64,000 nucleotides of DNA from Vicugna vicugna (Eukaryota): contig MU058423.1 of NCBI GenBank assembly GCA_013265495.1, positions 4,386,793-4,450,792 of the forward strand. Reading direction: 5' to 3'. Of this stretch, positions 38,966-50,991 are shown one piece after another. Each line of letters opens with the position of its first letter. The first letter of the stretch is position 1. The notes beneath the pieces were generated by a model. That model did no database searches. It had not been told where the DNA came from and saw nothing but the letters and a program-made list of their open reading frames with translations. A program made the position numbers and the translations under genes.

Positions 38966-41900
38966 TGAGCTGATGTCAAATCAGAAATATAAGTTATGGA
39001 TAGCCCTGAGACTATGCACCACCACACACTCATCCCGCAGGGTTCCTCTAACATCATAAAACATGAAGGCTTTCTACCACTTTTGTAAATTTCATTTGAA
39101 CATAATAAAATACTCTCTATCCACAATGCTTACAATAATTAAAATTTTTTTCTTAATAGGAGTCTATCTAGAAACAGCAAAATATGGAATGATCATTAAT
39201 AGACCTGCTATGGTGCTTGAATAAATGCCTATCAAGAGTGCAGGCACACATTAGCAAATTTCCTAAAGAAAATCCATTTTCATTTCAAATTCTGACATTT
39301 TATTTAGAAAAATTACACCCTTTCTTTTAATTATTTCAGTAAACATAATGAGGGTATTGCTAACTACACCTCAGAGTACTTTATTTTTTCCATTTTTTAG
39401 TAATATGAGTCTACATGTAATTAAAGGCGTGCTGCATTAATGACGCCGAAGGCCTCCAAGGGAAGCATTTAATGTCCACCTCATAATATTAAGCCAAAAT
39501 TACATGCACAGAAGACTTTTTAATAATCTTTGTTTCCTAATTTAGTTTTGATTGGCTCTGAAATCCATAGCTGCACTCAAGGGCTCACATTTCCACCATC
39601 ATCAGCACTTCTGTGCCATAAATTGTACAAACGCCTGTGATTTCTTCCGTCTGTAGGCTTCTTTTGAAAGCTTCTGTTTAACTTATCCAGAAAATTAGCT
39701 GCAGGCCGGAGATAACTGCAGATAATTTTGCCATTTTTAAGCCACTAGGGTGTTGCATGGAGATATGACAGCTAAGTTTGTCTAAACACAAAGAACAAGT
39801 CATAGCTTTGTGTTGTCACTTCAGCTTTACACACAGGTTCAGATCATCCTATTTGCTCTTTATGCAAATTGAAACAAACTGTAGTCACTAGATGATCTGT
39901 GTTTTCTGACAAAGCTGTGCTACCTGAAGGTTTTATGTGGCTGAAGGAAGGACATGATCTATACTAACATGCTATCCCAGCCGAAAAAAAAAATGCTCAA
40001 CCCTCTTCTACCCTTCAGGTTGTTCCTCGCTAACAAAAATAGGTTTTTTAGCCATCAACAACTTATGAGGAATATACCAAATTAAATTAAAAGGGAAATG
40101 CAAGGTCTCAATATACAGAATTCACGCATATATATGTATATGGACTTATGTATATCCGCTCTCATAAGTAGAAATGGCAGAATCTCCCATAAAACTGATG
40201 TTTAAAATGCGAATACTTATGGTACGCAACAATTTAAAATCACTAGACGTTAAAGAGTTATTAAGTAGGTTATCTAGGTTAATAAGCGGAGATCTACTTC
40301 TACAAATGGAATTATGTAGTCCTTTTTCCCTAAAATTTCATTCTAAAGTAAATGCAGCATTCAAGGATGGTCACTGCCATGTAATGATGGAAGTAACGCA
40401 AAAAGCAGCAACACAGACCCTCCATGCTTTGCCAATAACTTCAACTTTATATAAAATAAATTGGCTACGGGAATTACAGGATATTTCTCTGACCAAATGT
40501 CCCCTCGGTGCTCAGAATTGTTATAGTCACAGCTAATAAGGGTGTCACTAGCAAGGCAGGTGATTACTGAATCCATTTCGCAGCAAACATTTACATATCA
40601 GGGCTAAGCAGTGACTGTGCTTATGTGGCAGCTGCCCTGATGTAATAGGCCATAACGACTCTGAGGGAGCAGGTATGGATGCGTGTGTCAAGGAGGGGAG
40701 AACGTGAAAGTCATAACACAAATGACTTTATGGATTCCCATTAGACCTTGGACTAAGGAGCACCTAAACAGGTCTGATATGACAGCATCCTGAGACAGCT
40801 TTACAGCCTTGTGTCAGTCACCCTTACACTAAAGAGTTTTATGGAAAATCCAAAACTGCAGAGAGGAAACGTTGCTATAGTAGGTCTTCATCTTTGATTT
40901 AGTATATAGCATGCATACAATTAGCCCCATATTATGCATTTAAAGGATAGATTATTAAATCTGTTATGCCGATCATATGCACTTCAAGGAGTCCAAATTA
41001 AGCACTGATAGGTGACGTCTCCCAAACCTCATACTCTCCCTTGGAAAACCATTCTGCTCAATGACAAGCTTAAACCCATCAATGCTTGGGAACATCTGCA
41101 TCACAGTAAGATGCAGCCTTTTAAAACACTGCCCTGTGAAGTTTTATATAAACATATCAAGTACACGTGACTGCACTTGAGAAAGCTGAAGGATATCATT
41201 TTAATTTTTTTTCTTTTGGTCTCTAACATCACATAGCCAGTGGACTGGTAGGAACCAGCTTGTTTAAGGACCTAAGACCATGTCCCTGTGAAAGGCAGGC
41301 ACAAGAAGTTCTGTAATGTGCCCTTTCCCACTCATGACGGGAGAGAGAGGCATGCTGAAGACACCAAACAAACCCTTCAACATGATGGACAGGAGCAGTG
41401 CTGAGCAAGCATCTCTTGCCAGAGGCTGAGATCAGGAAAGCATTCAAATCACACATTAAATTCACCACACAGGGCCTATGCAAGTACAAACAGCACACTG
41501 CAAAAGGATCTTTGCTATTTTACTCTGATCTGTAAATTATTAAACAATTCCACAAGAGTCATATTGCTACAAGTACATGCAAACCAATATGTAGCGTTAG
41601 AGTGTTCTTAGTCATACAAAGAGTTGGCCCAGAACTCATCCTCTGCTGAGGAGTGGAAAATGCACTACCTGTCACCTGAACAGCCATTTCATCTCAGATT
41701 TGCAATGAGGCCTTAAATTTGACCTTTTATGAGGGATTATTAAAGACCTTATAGAAAGCCAAAAAATGCCCCTGCTGCTTTATAGATTTATTATAGTTTT
41801 CCTGATGTGTTTGAATAAACTTCTCTTCTGGAAGTCTCTGGGTTCTAAAAGACAACTTCTTTGCAAAGCACATACCTGTTTCCCAGAGAGACGGGTCCTC

Positions 41901-42832
41901 TCTTTGAAATATTTAGTCTTTCTGGGCACTTTAGTCATAGTGACACCTAATAGCCAAGCTCTTTTTCTCACTCTCCACGAAATCAGGTTTAGACTATAAT
42001 TCAAACCAGTCCCCAAAGGCACTTCTGAAAAATGGCAAGCCTTTAGCTTTTAGGTGAAAACACTCTTTATTGCTCAAAATTGTTCCCTGTTACAAAGCCT
42101 TTTCCACAGTGCTAGGTCTAAGATGATCTTATGCTAATTTAACTCACTGGGGACTGTGAACAGATGCTACTTTGATTAATAGTTTCACTATCCTGAAAAT
42201 GCCAGGCCAGGTTCAAGATAATAAAGTCAGGTAAAAACACTATTAAAATCTGCCATACAATTATATCTGTTATGTGGAGAAAAAATGGGATCACAGTTCC
42301 TGTATCAGATAAAGACTACCTATATTAGAAAAAAAAAGCAATATAAACCAAATGGACATGCTGAATTCTTTAGCATACTGGTCTACCTCATTTTAATCAC
42401 CAAACTCTTTAGTAATACCTTACAGGTATATTTTCAGCAATGTCTTTAGTAAAAATTCAACGTGTCACCACAATGTTACCTTTCCTCACAGCATTTACTT
42501 CTCCGCCCAGAAAAAGACTTCTATATGAACATTCTATAAAACATATGAAAATAAAACATATTCTATAAAACAATGAATTCTCTAACTTGGCTTATCAAAA
42601 GGATAGCATTTAAATGTGTAGGCTCCATGTCATTACTTTACAGCAAATACATTTTCAACATTCCAACATTTTCTACAGGAAACCACAACCCTTGAAAATA
42701 AGAGGCTACATAAATTATCAAATAAGACTTTTCTGGAAAAGCTTCTCATGAGGGTCTAGTCCCATCTCCCTCTGTGTTTCTCCTCTCACTGGTCTCCTAA
42801 CCAAGATTTTCCAAATTATAGAGCTTTCCTAA

Positions 42833-42976
42833 GGTGGAGCATATAGCTCAGTGGCAGAATGAGTGCTTCACATTAGCATGCACGAGGTCCTGGGCTCAAT
42901 CTCCAGTACCTCCATTAAAAAAAATTATTAAATAAATAAATAAACCTAATTATCTCCTGCTCCGCCCCCAAATTGT
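42833..42976 (+). mobile_element. Camelid Vic-1-type tRNA-derived SINE
   Basis: A box 'tagctcagtgg' and B-box-like 'gggctcaatctcc'. Body 'ttagcatgcacgaggtcctggg...cagtacctcc'. Tail 'aaataaataaataaacctaattatctcc'. Diverged TSD aattatagagctttcct / aatcatagccctttcct. Confidence 0.8.
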
Positions 42977-43464
42977 GAATCATAGCCCTTTCCTGATGAG
43001 GAAAATCATGATACCTACCCTAGCTTTGAACTGTGGAACTAGGGGCTGGCCTTATTTTAAATATACATATGAAGAAACCTTTGTGTTTTTAAAGCTGGCT
43101 TACCAGTGGATTTTATCCTTACCATATCATATTTGGCCTGGTCACATTTCCAATCTCCAATCTAAAATTTAACATTCAGTTGGACTTGTTCTGTTATAAT
43201 TTACATACAGTGCGCTTGTCTCGGAGAAACCTTTGGTTTGCAGGAACGTGGAGGTTAAGTTCCAGTGCATCAATCACACTGTGCAAACTACAATTCCAGG
43301 GAGCACAGGCCTCCACTGAGAATGAAGCTAGCCTGTCAGCACAAATCTGCCACCTGCAGATTCATCTCATGGCCCCAGTTGAGTCTTTACACTCCCCACA
43401 TTTCATGCATATACAACATGCCTACACTTAACATGAAATATTCTATTCAAAAAGGTTGTCTCAC

Positions 43465-43710
43465 CATTGCACAGAATGTCTCAGGAGGGTCTCCGCAGGT
43501 AATGTCTGGAGGATCCAGTTTCACTTTCAGATATTTTGTCATGTCCGTGGATTCTGGCTGACAGGCCATGTAATCCCAAACTTTCCCTTCTTCTGTGTAA
43601 ATCTGAGTCTTACACACATCATAATGTCCCCACACCAAAGGGTAGGGCTGCATCACTGAGGACACTGTAACCCAAAGGGCATGAATGGACAGGAATCTTG
43701 ACAAATACAT
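43465..43710 (-). CDS. NTNG1: Netrin-G1, first coding exon (aa 1-82: signal peptide and start of the laminin N-terminal domain)
   Basis: Translates as MYLSRFLSIHALWVTVSSVMQPYPLVWGHYDVCKTQIYTEEGKVWDYMACQPESTDMTKYLKVKLDPPDITCGDPPETFCAM, which I recognise as the NTNG1 N-terminus. 246 nt, ending at the phase-0 donor ATG|GTGAGA at 43465/43464. The next coding exon (GNPYMCNNEC...) is not in the window. Confidence 0.98.
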
Positions 43711-44221
43711 CTCTAAATTCTTGGCAGTCTTCGTGGTAACTAAAGCAGGGTTTGCTTTTCTGTGGTATCAGTCTATTTTACATATGCATGTATGTCTATT
43801 CGTAGGTAGGTCTGTATATTTAAAAAAAAAAGGAAGAAGATGAGATCTCAAAGTAGATTCCGAAACTAAAAGTGGACGGTTTGGATATTGCGCGTGTTCA
43901 GGGATACTGAGGACTTTGGCAGAAGCCTAGCATACTTGTGCGTTAGGCATTAATGACTTGCAGCTTTTTCATTGTCCCAGAACGTATCTATTACACTTGG
44001 GCCTAGTTTGGTTTTTGTAAAAGATGTCCAGTAGCAGATAATGATTTAGCAAAGTGATGGCTCTCCTGGTGTACATCCGATACCCTGGGTGATCCTCGAT
44101 GCTGATCGCTCACAAGCGATGCTCAGATGCACTGAGGTATCAGTATCCGAAGCAAAAGGATGAGCGTCTGTGCCCCAGTGTCTGCTTCCCATCAATCATT
44201 CTTTTCTTCTGGCAGCAACAC
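43711..44221 (-). other. NTNG1: 5'UTR portion of the NTNG1 first coding exon
   Basis: Candidate acceptor ...tcttattcttattgtttctaaaaAG|GTGTTGC at 44222/44221. The region is CpG-retaining and repeat-free. Its ~0.5 kb length agrees with my recollection of the human exon. Confidence 0.7.
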
Positions 44222-47200
44222 CTTTTTAGAAACAATAAGAATAAGAGTTATTGTCCCAGAATCAATGCGTTACAAAATATACGATATGTTGACATCTGGG
44301 AGGTTTGATGCAATATAAAGCAAATTGGTGTAATATGGATAACCTTCACTCAGCTGCTTTGCTAGGATGAGCAAACCACAGAAATCATTCATATTGGAGA
44401 GAATTTCGATATGAAGGATTTAACTCTTCCATAACAAAGACAGATGTGTGTGTTCCAGGTGAGTTACAGGTTTTCGCTTCAAAAATTATATTTCCATCTT
44501 GACAAAACTGAGAGCAAGCAGCTAGATTTAAACATTTCTCATACATCGCAGTGCGAGAAAATCCTCCTGGAGAACAATGGAGGAAAAATAAGCGCTTTTA
44601 TAACAATGACAAAGAAGTGACAACTACTGGAGTGCCTTTTGTCTCTTAGCAAAGAGACCCTAAAAATCTTCAAATTCCTTGTGCATTTCTTAGCCGTTGT
44701 TAGCTGGAGTGAAAACTGGCATTGTTGGCATGAGCCTGTCCCTCTGGACTTGTTCATTATATTGGAAGAATTTCACATCTTTTGTTTAGTTGCATTTAGT
44801 GATAAAGATAACTTGCCTCTTTAAAAAAAAAAAAAAAAAAACCTCAAAAATAAAACCAAAGGAGCAAATTTTCCTTTCATAAGAATCTTCTATTTTCTTA
44901 CATCTTTTTATAGCCATTACATCTGCATTTGCAGTTACTTTCTGCAACAGAAGAAGAGAATTTGTCCCAAAGGCGAATATTATACACTGCTTTAAAACTA
45001 AAAGCTCTGTAGTAAAACACACAATTTAAAATGCACATATAAAAATAGCTGAGGGTGAGTTAACAGGCCATGAAGCAGAATAACATGGCACTAATTCCAA
45101 GAGAAAATAAAAATTACTGTTTAAAAGTACTTTTGGGTTAACTTATAGCAGCCTACGTAAGTATGGGTACAAGTCATTGGAGAGTTTAAATGGCAACTTT
45201 CCCCCCTAGAAATCACTGTTCAAATCTAAACAAACAATAATGTTTGAAATCCAGGTGTAAGAAAAGTATATTTGCTTAACTAGTTGGTTCTTATTGTCAT
45301 AGTCCAAATAATTTTTAACTATTTTTTAAATGCAGAAGGACAAAAACGCCTACAGTTTTAGGAAATACCATTATAGACCCTTCAGTTCACACTAAGCAGT
45401 TTAAATATGGAAGTTCACTATCCTCAAACAATCTTATAAAAGGAATTCACTATATTTAAATAATGCACCATCTTAAAATGAACTAAGCCACAGAGACTAT
45501 GAAATGCCAACAGATGGTTGAATTGTGTTTCCATAGCAAAGCAATTTATAATAATTGCTTTATGGATGCAAGTGCAATTTTCATTATATTCAATTCATAA
45601 AATGTTATCATACTGCTGCAATTTGTGATATTTTCTATTAGGAAAAGTGTTGAATATTTGAGTTCCTATGAAGCAATAATTAGCAGTTTGTCTAAACATG
45701 TATAAACTACAGATTTAAATCTGCCTCTTCCTTGTAACATAAAGACTATATTGTGTTGAGTACATTTTGAAATCTTAAACTAAAAAGAAGAAAATCACAG
45801 AGAAGCATGTATTGTGGCTACGACTGCCTTCTGCTTTTTTCAGATTCATTAGTAATTTTAAGTTGGTATTTTCAGAAATATCCAACATTCTGACAATTAA
45901 TAATCTGAAAGGATATTCAAATAATACAAATTTACATTTTCTAGATGCATTTTTCAAATGCATTTACTACTTTGCTAAAACAAGAACAAACACTTCTACA
46001 GGGTGGTGAGGAGGTGGGCTTTATAGCTGAAGCAGTGTAAAGTCTACCGCACCAGAAACTGTCAGCTTCAATTCTTAGTTTCAAATACACAGCAACTTAT
46101 TTATCAAGAAACATACAATGTTGAAGACCTAGAATGAAATGCTTTGAGTTTGAACTGAGTGAGCACTACAAACTAATTTTTAATATTTTTTTAAAAATAT
46201 TACCTTAAGTATATACTTGAATTCTCCCTAAGATTAATTATATTTTTTAACCAATAAATGTTGTCCCTCAATCCATTTATTCTTGGCCACTGCCTTCATC
46301 CACATTTCGCCTTACCTGATTCACAAAATAAAGGATGGCCCTATATGTGTGTGTTAAAAATTTGGACACTAAGGAAATGTATGGGAACCTGTTACTATTT
46401 CCTGACACAACAGCGATCCCAATGTAACGAATTCTCATTAAAGTACACCAGAATTATAATGATGGTCATTACACAAAATTATGGACTACATCATTGATCA
46501 GATTTAGAAAACTGACAAGGAAAAATGCAGAGGAGTGCAAGACATTTGAATATTAGGCAGTTGCAGGACTGCGCGACAGACATTCTTGACAAGAAGCAGC
46601 CAATTATAGCTTAAATTTCTGGCACATAACCAGTTGTGATTAATAGTTTTCCATTACATTACAGACATATTATTAATGTATTAAAAATGTCAAGCTTTGG
46701 CAAGCACTAATATGGCATGGCTCAGTTAGTCTGCAGAATTTACATTTAATGAGCTCCCATTGACACAGAAAAAGATATTGACCACGGCATATCACAGATC
46801 AGGAACAGAGGGTCACTAAGCTGTTCTTTAACATAATTATTTGATTTCACTCCAATTTTTATGTTTGTAGCATCACTTAGAATGCATCCTTCACATCAGG
46901 ATCTCCTTACTTTTCAATGCCACATACACTTCAAAGAAAATTCTCTCAATTTAAAATCAGTAAAAAATTGAATCAATGAACTTCCATAACACACAATAGA
47001 AAAGAAGCCTCTGTCTAAATCAGGAATTTTCTACCGAAGTATAATTATGAAGTTTTCAAGGAAAATTAAATGATTTAAAAATAGAATATTATTTACCCCT
47101 TAACCTCTGTTACCTAATAGCACCAGTTCCCACCTGGTTATGATTTCAACCAGGTTAAAATCTTCAATAGCTTCTTAAAAGCTAGGTCATCACAGCAAAT

Positions 47201-50014
47201 AGCCAGGCAAACCGATATGAGGACAGTATATGACATACTTGGGGATTTAATATACTAAACCCATCCCTTCTTGCGCATAACTGAACTCACTGCCAAGTAA
47301 TGTGGACTTCGAATTTGTCTCAGTTGTTCATTTCACCTAAATGTGAGCAGCTTCAGAAGAGCCCTGGGCAGCCCCAGTTCTAGTTCTTTACTCGGGGAAC
47401 CTTGAGAACTCACCGTAATCTGGTAGTGCCACCATCTCTACCTGCGCACCCAAGTACTGGGAAGTCCTCTTCAATAAAAATACCCACTAATATGCTATGA
47501 GTACTCCACAGACTGCTCACTGGTGTACACACTTGTGAAGCCAATGTGAAAATATAAAATTATGCCATGCTCTCAAGTGGATAGATGTCATTGATCTGGA
47601 CTAAAATGGGCTGTATAAAATGGCTTCGTGTACAAGGAGCATGTTTTTCCAGGATTCTGGAGCTAATTCCTTGCCACCTTGGGTTAACTTTGCTGACATT
47701 ATTTCACAGGTCCTTTCCCTCATCAGAAAAGAAACCTCCCAACTACTACACGGAATTAATAATGATCAAAATTATAGATAATTATATTCCAAAACAACTG
47801 CCAACTTCATCAACTGAGAGGAAAGTATTGACAGTAAAGCCACTAACCCTAGCTGGCTCTGGGCATTCATTTTATTAAATAATCTCACTAGGAGGTGGGG
47901 GCGGGGCGTGGTAGTAGGCTATTTATTCCATAAACAGTCAGCTCTTCAGGGGCACCTGCAATCGGCAGCTATTGACTCATTCCTCATAGACATTAAGAAT
48001 TTAATAATTACGCATGTTTCTGAATGGGAAAGAACAAAAAGAACACTGACTATAATCACATTCCATTGAGTGAGTTATATAAGCAGATAAAGACATATCC
48101 AAACTCCATAACCTATCAAAATTAGCAGCTTCCAACACTGTCATCATAAAATCGACTAGAGGAGATATTTAATATATATTGAACGCTCTTTGCATTTCTT
48201 TACTTGTTATGAAGAAAGCATTTTCTAGTCATCCTAATGGGAGACATTTGCTTCTACCCTTTTGTTAACTGTCTCTCAAAATATAATGAATTTAACATGG
48301 CCTGCAATATTATTGGCATATTCTACTCATACTTGATTTGAGTCTTAAGAGCAACTGCCTATCACAAGATTCTTAATAAAACCAAACAGCACACCTTAGT
48401 ATTTGAAATATTTCCTTTCACCTAGAGAAGATTGATTAGGGAAATTAGATAGCATATATTTGGGAGGATGTTTGAGGATGGGATAATACATAAAATCATT
48501 TCAGAATCAGTTCAGCCTAGAATAAATATGCTGTTTCATTAATAGAGAATAACAAATCTTTCATTGTCAGGTAGGGAAGTTCAGAAATCCAAGGTTTCAA
48601 ATACACATTTGAGAAAATCTACACCCACTTGAAGTTTTAAAACAAAACTTTGGATTCTGAAGATAAAATTATTTTTTAAAGTATGCTAAATCTCTTACTG
48701 ACGTATAATATAATTCATACACACACATTTTTTCTGTCAACATATAATTGATTTTCTGCTTTGTATGAAATTTTGTTTCTTTCCAAGTGACTTATTGCTT
48801 TTGTAACTCTAAAATTCTCTCTCTAAATCTTTACAACAGTAAGAAGACATATCAACTAATTGTGTAATGGCTTAATTTTTTAACACTATTATTTGATTTT
48901 TTCCAGAATATTAATGGAGTCAAAGACAGGTATATGCACCACTTACACATATACAAAAAGAAACTGCAAAATACATTAGCCTTCTCCTTAAAAAGCTAAC
49001 CTGAATCATTTTAACACACATGCCCAGTGAAAGCCGACAAAACAAAAATCTCAGTAGGAAAAACAGCTTTATATGCGTATAAAATAAACTGTTTTCTTAC
49101 AAAATGTGAAGGCTACCATTTTAAATTTCACAGTGGGAAGTATCACCAAGTTAATAGCCAACTATATGGAATTTTGAATCCACTCATGTTGGTTTTTAGT
49201 GGTGAAAGAGACCTCATTTCATGGCATCCGGAAATAAGAAGGAAATATATCCCTTATGTATATAAGCTGGGACAACCTTCCGTGTGAAACACTGAGGCAT
49301 TTTTTTCTTTGCAGGCTGATGTACATGCAAAGATCCAAATTTTGTCTCAAGGAAGAACTGAAAGTTACTTATCTTCCAAAAGAAACTTGGACAGTTATTG
49401 AGCTGATATTCCTTCGCTAAAGATCAAGGGTGGGAGGGGAGCAGTAAGGCATTTAAAGTAACAGTTCAAAATAGTTAATGAAACCTGGGGTTGTTAATTC
49501 CCCAAAGGTTAGAGATGCTCTTCTCTCAAGGACTAGACAAATCAGAGAAACCTTGCCCCTACTCCAAGAAGAGAATTTCTGGAAAACTTTTTCTAATGAA
49601 CTTAACCATTAAGTATATCTGAACAAATGACTTTGTTGGAAGATTTTTCTGGTTTTTTTCCCCCAATTCTGTAAGATAAGAAAACTTTTAGTATTTTCAG
49701 TCATAAAATAGGGCCTTATTTCTAGAGCAAATCTACTGCCAGATACGCCATATGTTTAGTGGATTTCTGAATCTTACTCAGAATTTTCCATTCCAAAGAT
49801 TGACAAACTGTTATGATAACAAGTGGCTCCATTAGCATTCCCTGGGAAGAATGGGGGAGGAAGCGGGAAACAAAAGCCTCAACTCTCTGGAAATCTATAC
49901 CCAAAGCGAGGATGGAAATGCAACCTCCAACTTTTCCAAATAACGTTGCTTAAAATGCCTGCTAGGAATTTTTCTGCCTTGCCCTGTAAAATGACAGTCT
50001 CTTAAGTGGATTTC

Positions 50015-50087
50015 GGGGGGGGGGGGGAGGGAGAAAAAAAAAAAAAGAAAAGAAAAGGAAAAGGAAAAAAAAAGGGAGAAAGAAAAG
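50015..50087. repeat. 73-nt pure purine tract starting with G13
   Basis: gggggggggggggagggagaaaaaaaaaaaaagaaaagaaaaggaaaaggaaaaaaaaagggagaaagaaaag. Confidence 0.9.
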
Positions 50088-50112
50088 TCCCCGAGTGAGG
50101 TTACTAAAATAA

Positions 50113-50127
50113 ACAGCAGAGGGCGCA
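50113..50127 (+). promoter_or_regulatory. Candidate CTCF site
   Basis: aCAGCAGAGGGCGCa has one mismatch to CCAGCAGAGGGCGC, with the CpG retained. Motif match only. Confidence 0.4.
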
Positions 50128-50511
50128 GTTTCTTTTTTTATCTAAGTTCCTGTGTATGATTCACTTAATTGGTTATTTTGGGCCCAATAATATTCAGTAT
50201 TATTTGTATTATATATAGATACCTACAGATCCATACAGGAGGGCAATTCAATGTCTCTAGCAAAATCCATCAACCGATTAATGCAATGCCAGTAAAGAAT
50301 CTGAGAAAATATTCCAAACAGCGTTCCTACACCGTCTTTCGTCTATCACTTTTCCTTTCTCCCTAGCTGCACAACATGGGATAGTAATGCTTAATCTCGC
50401 ATTAATAAAAGAGATTAAAAGAAAGGAACTTCAAAAGCTCAGTGTGACCACCAACCCTACAGGGCCGGCAAGAGGGCAAGTTTTTACCCCAAGCAAGGAC
50501 AATTGGCAAAT

Positions 50512-50655
50512 GAAAGAGGGAAAAAAAAAAAAAAAAAAAAAGGAAAGGAAAGAAAGAAAAAAAGAACCCACCAGTGCGTTGTGTGTGGTCAGGTGTGTGT
50601 GTGTGCGCGTGTGTGTGAGAGAGAGAGAGAGAGAGGGAGAGGGAGCTGTGTGTGT
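50512..50655. repeat. Poly-A/purine tract followed by a compound (GT)n(GA)n microsatellite
   Basis: A-rich tract 50512-50566, gtgtgtgtgtgtgcgcgtgtgtgtg at 50593-50617, and (GA)n at 50617-50645. Confidence 0.95.
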
Positions 50656-50887
50656 CTGTAAGTCCGTCGATGGAGGCACCGACCCAGGCAATGAGTACAG
50701 CACGGACACACAACCTGCCCGGGGCGCACACCAGGAAGACTTGTGCGTGGGTGTGAGTGTGCGGGGTGTGTGCTCGCAGAGGCTCCGCGCGCTGCCTCCT
50801 CAAGGCGCTTCACAAAGTTCCTCGCCCACCCGGAGCCTTCCCTCCCGCCTGTGGATTGCGCAGAGGAGGGGGGTGTCGGGGGGAGGG

Positions 50888-50969
50888 NNNNNNNNNNNNN
50901 NNNNNNNNNNNNNNNNNNNNNNNNNNNNNNNNNNNNNNNNNNNNNNNNNNNNNNNNNNNNNNNNNNNNN
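50888..50969. other. Assembly gap (82 N) inside the CpG island
   Basis: Run of N flanked by G-runs. Confidence 1.
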
Positions 50970-50991
50970 GGGGGAAGCCGGCGGCACTCAC

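Noticed and set aside
42833..42915. tRNA gene
   Set aside because: It has A/B boxes but a degenerate cloverleaf, an A-rich tail and a TSD, so it is a SINE.
43447..43464. VRQPF* tail of the ORF-track protein
   Set aside because: This is read-through into the intron past the GTGAGA donor and not part of NTNG1.
390..43464. Recursive splice sites or further NTNG1 coding exons in the long intron
   Set aside because: No translation matches the expected next exon. The AG|GT sites I noticed (e.g. CAG|GTAACA near 11110) lack a convincing pyrimidine tract.
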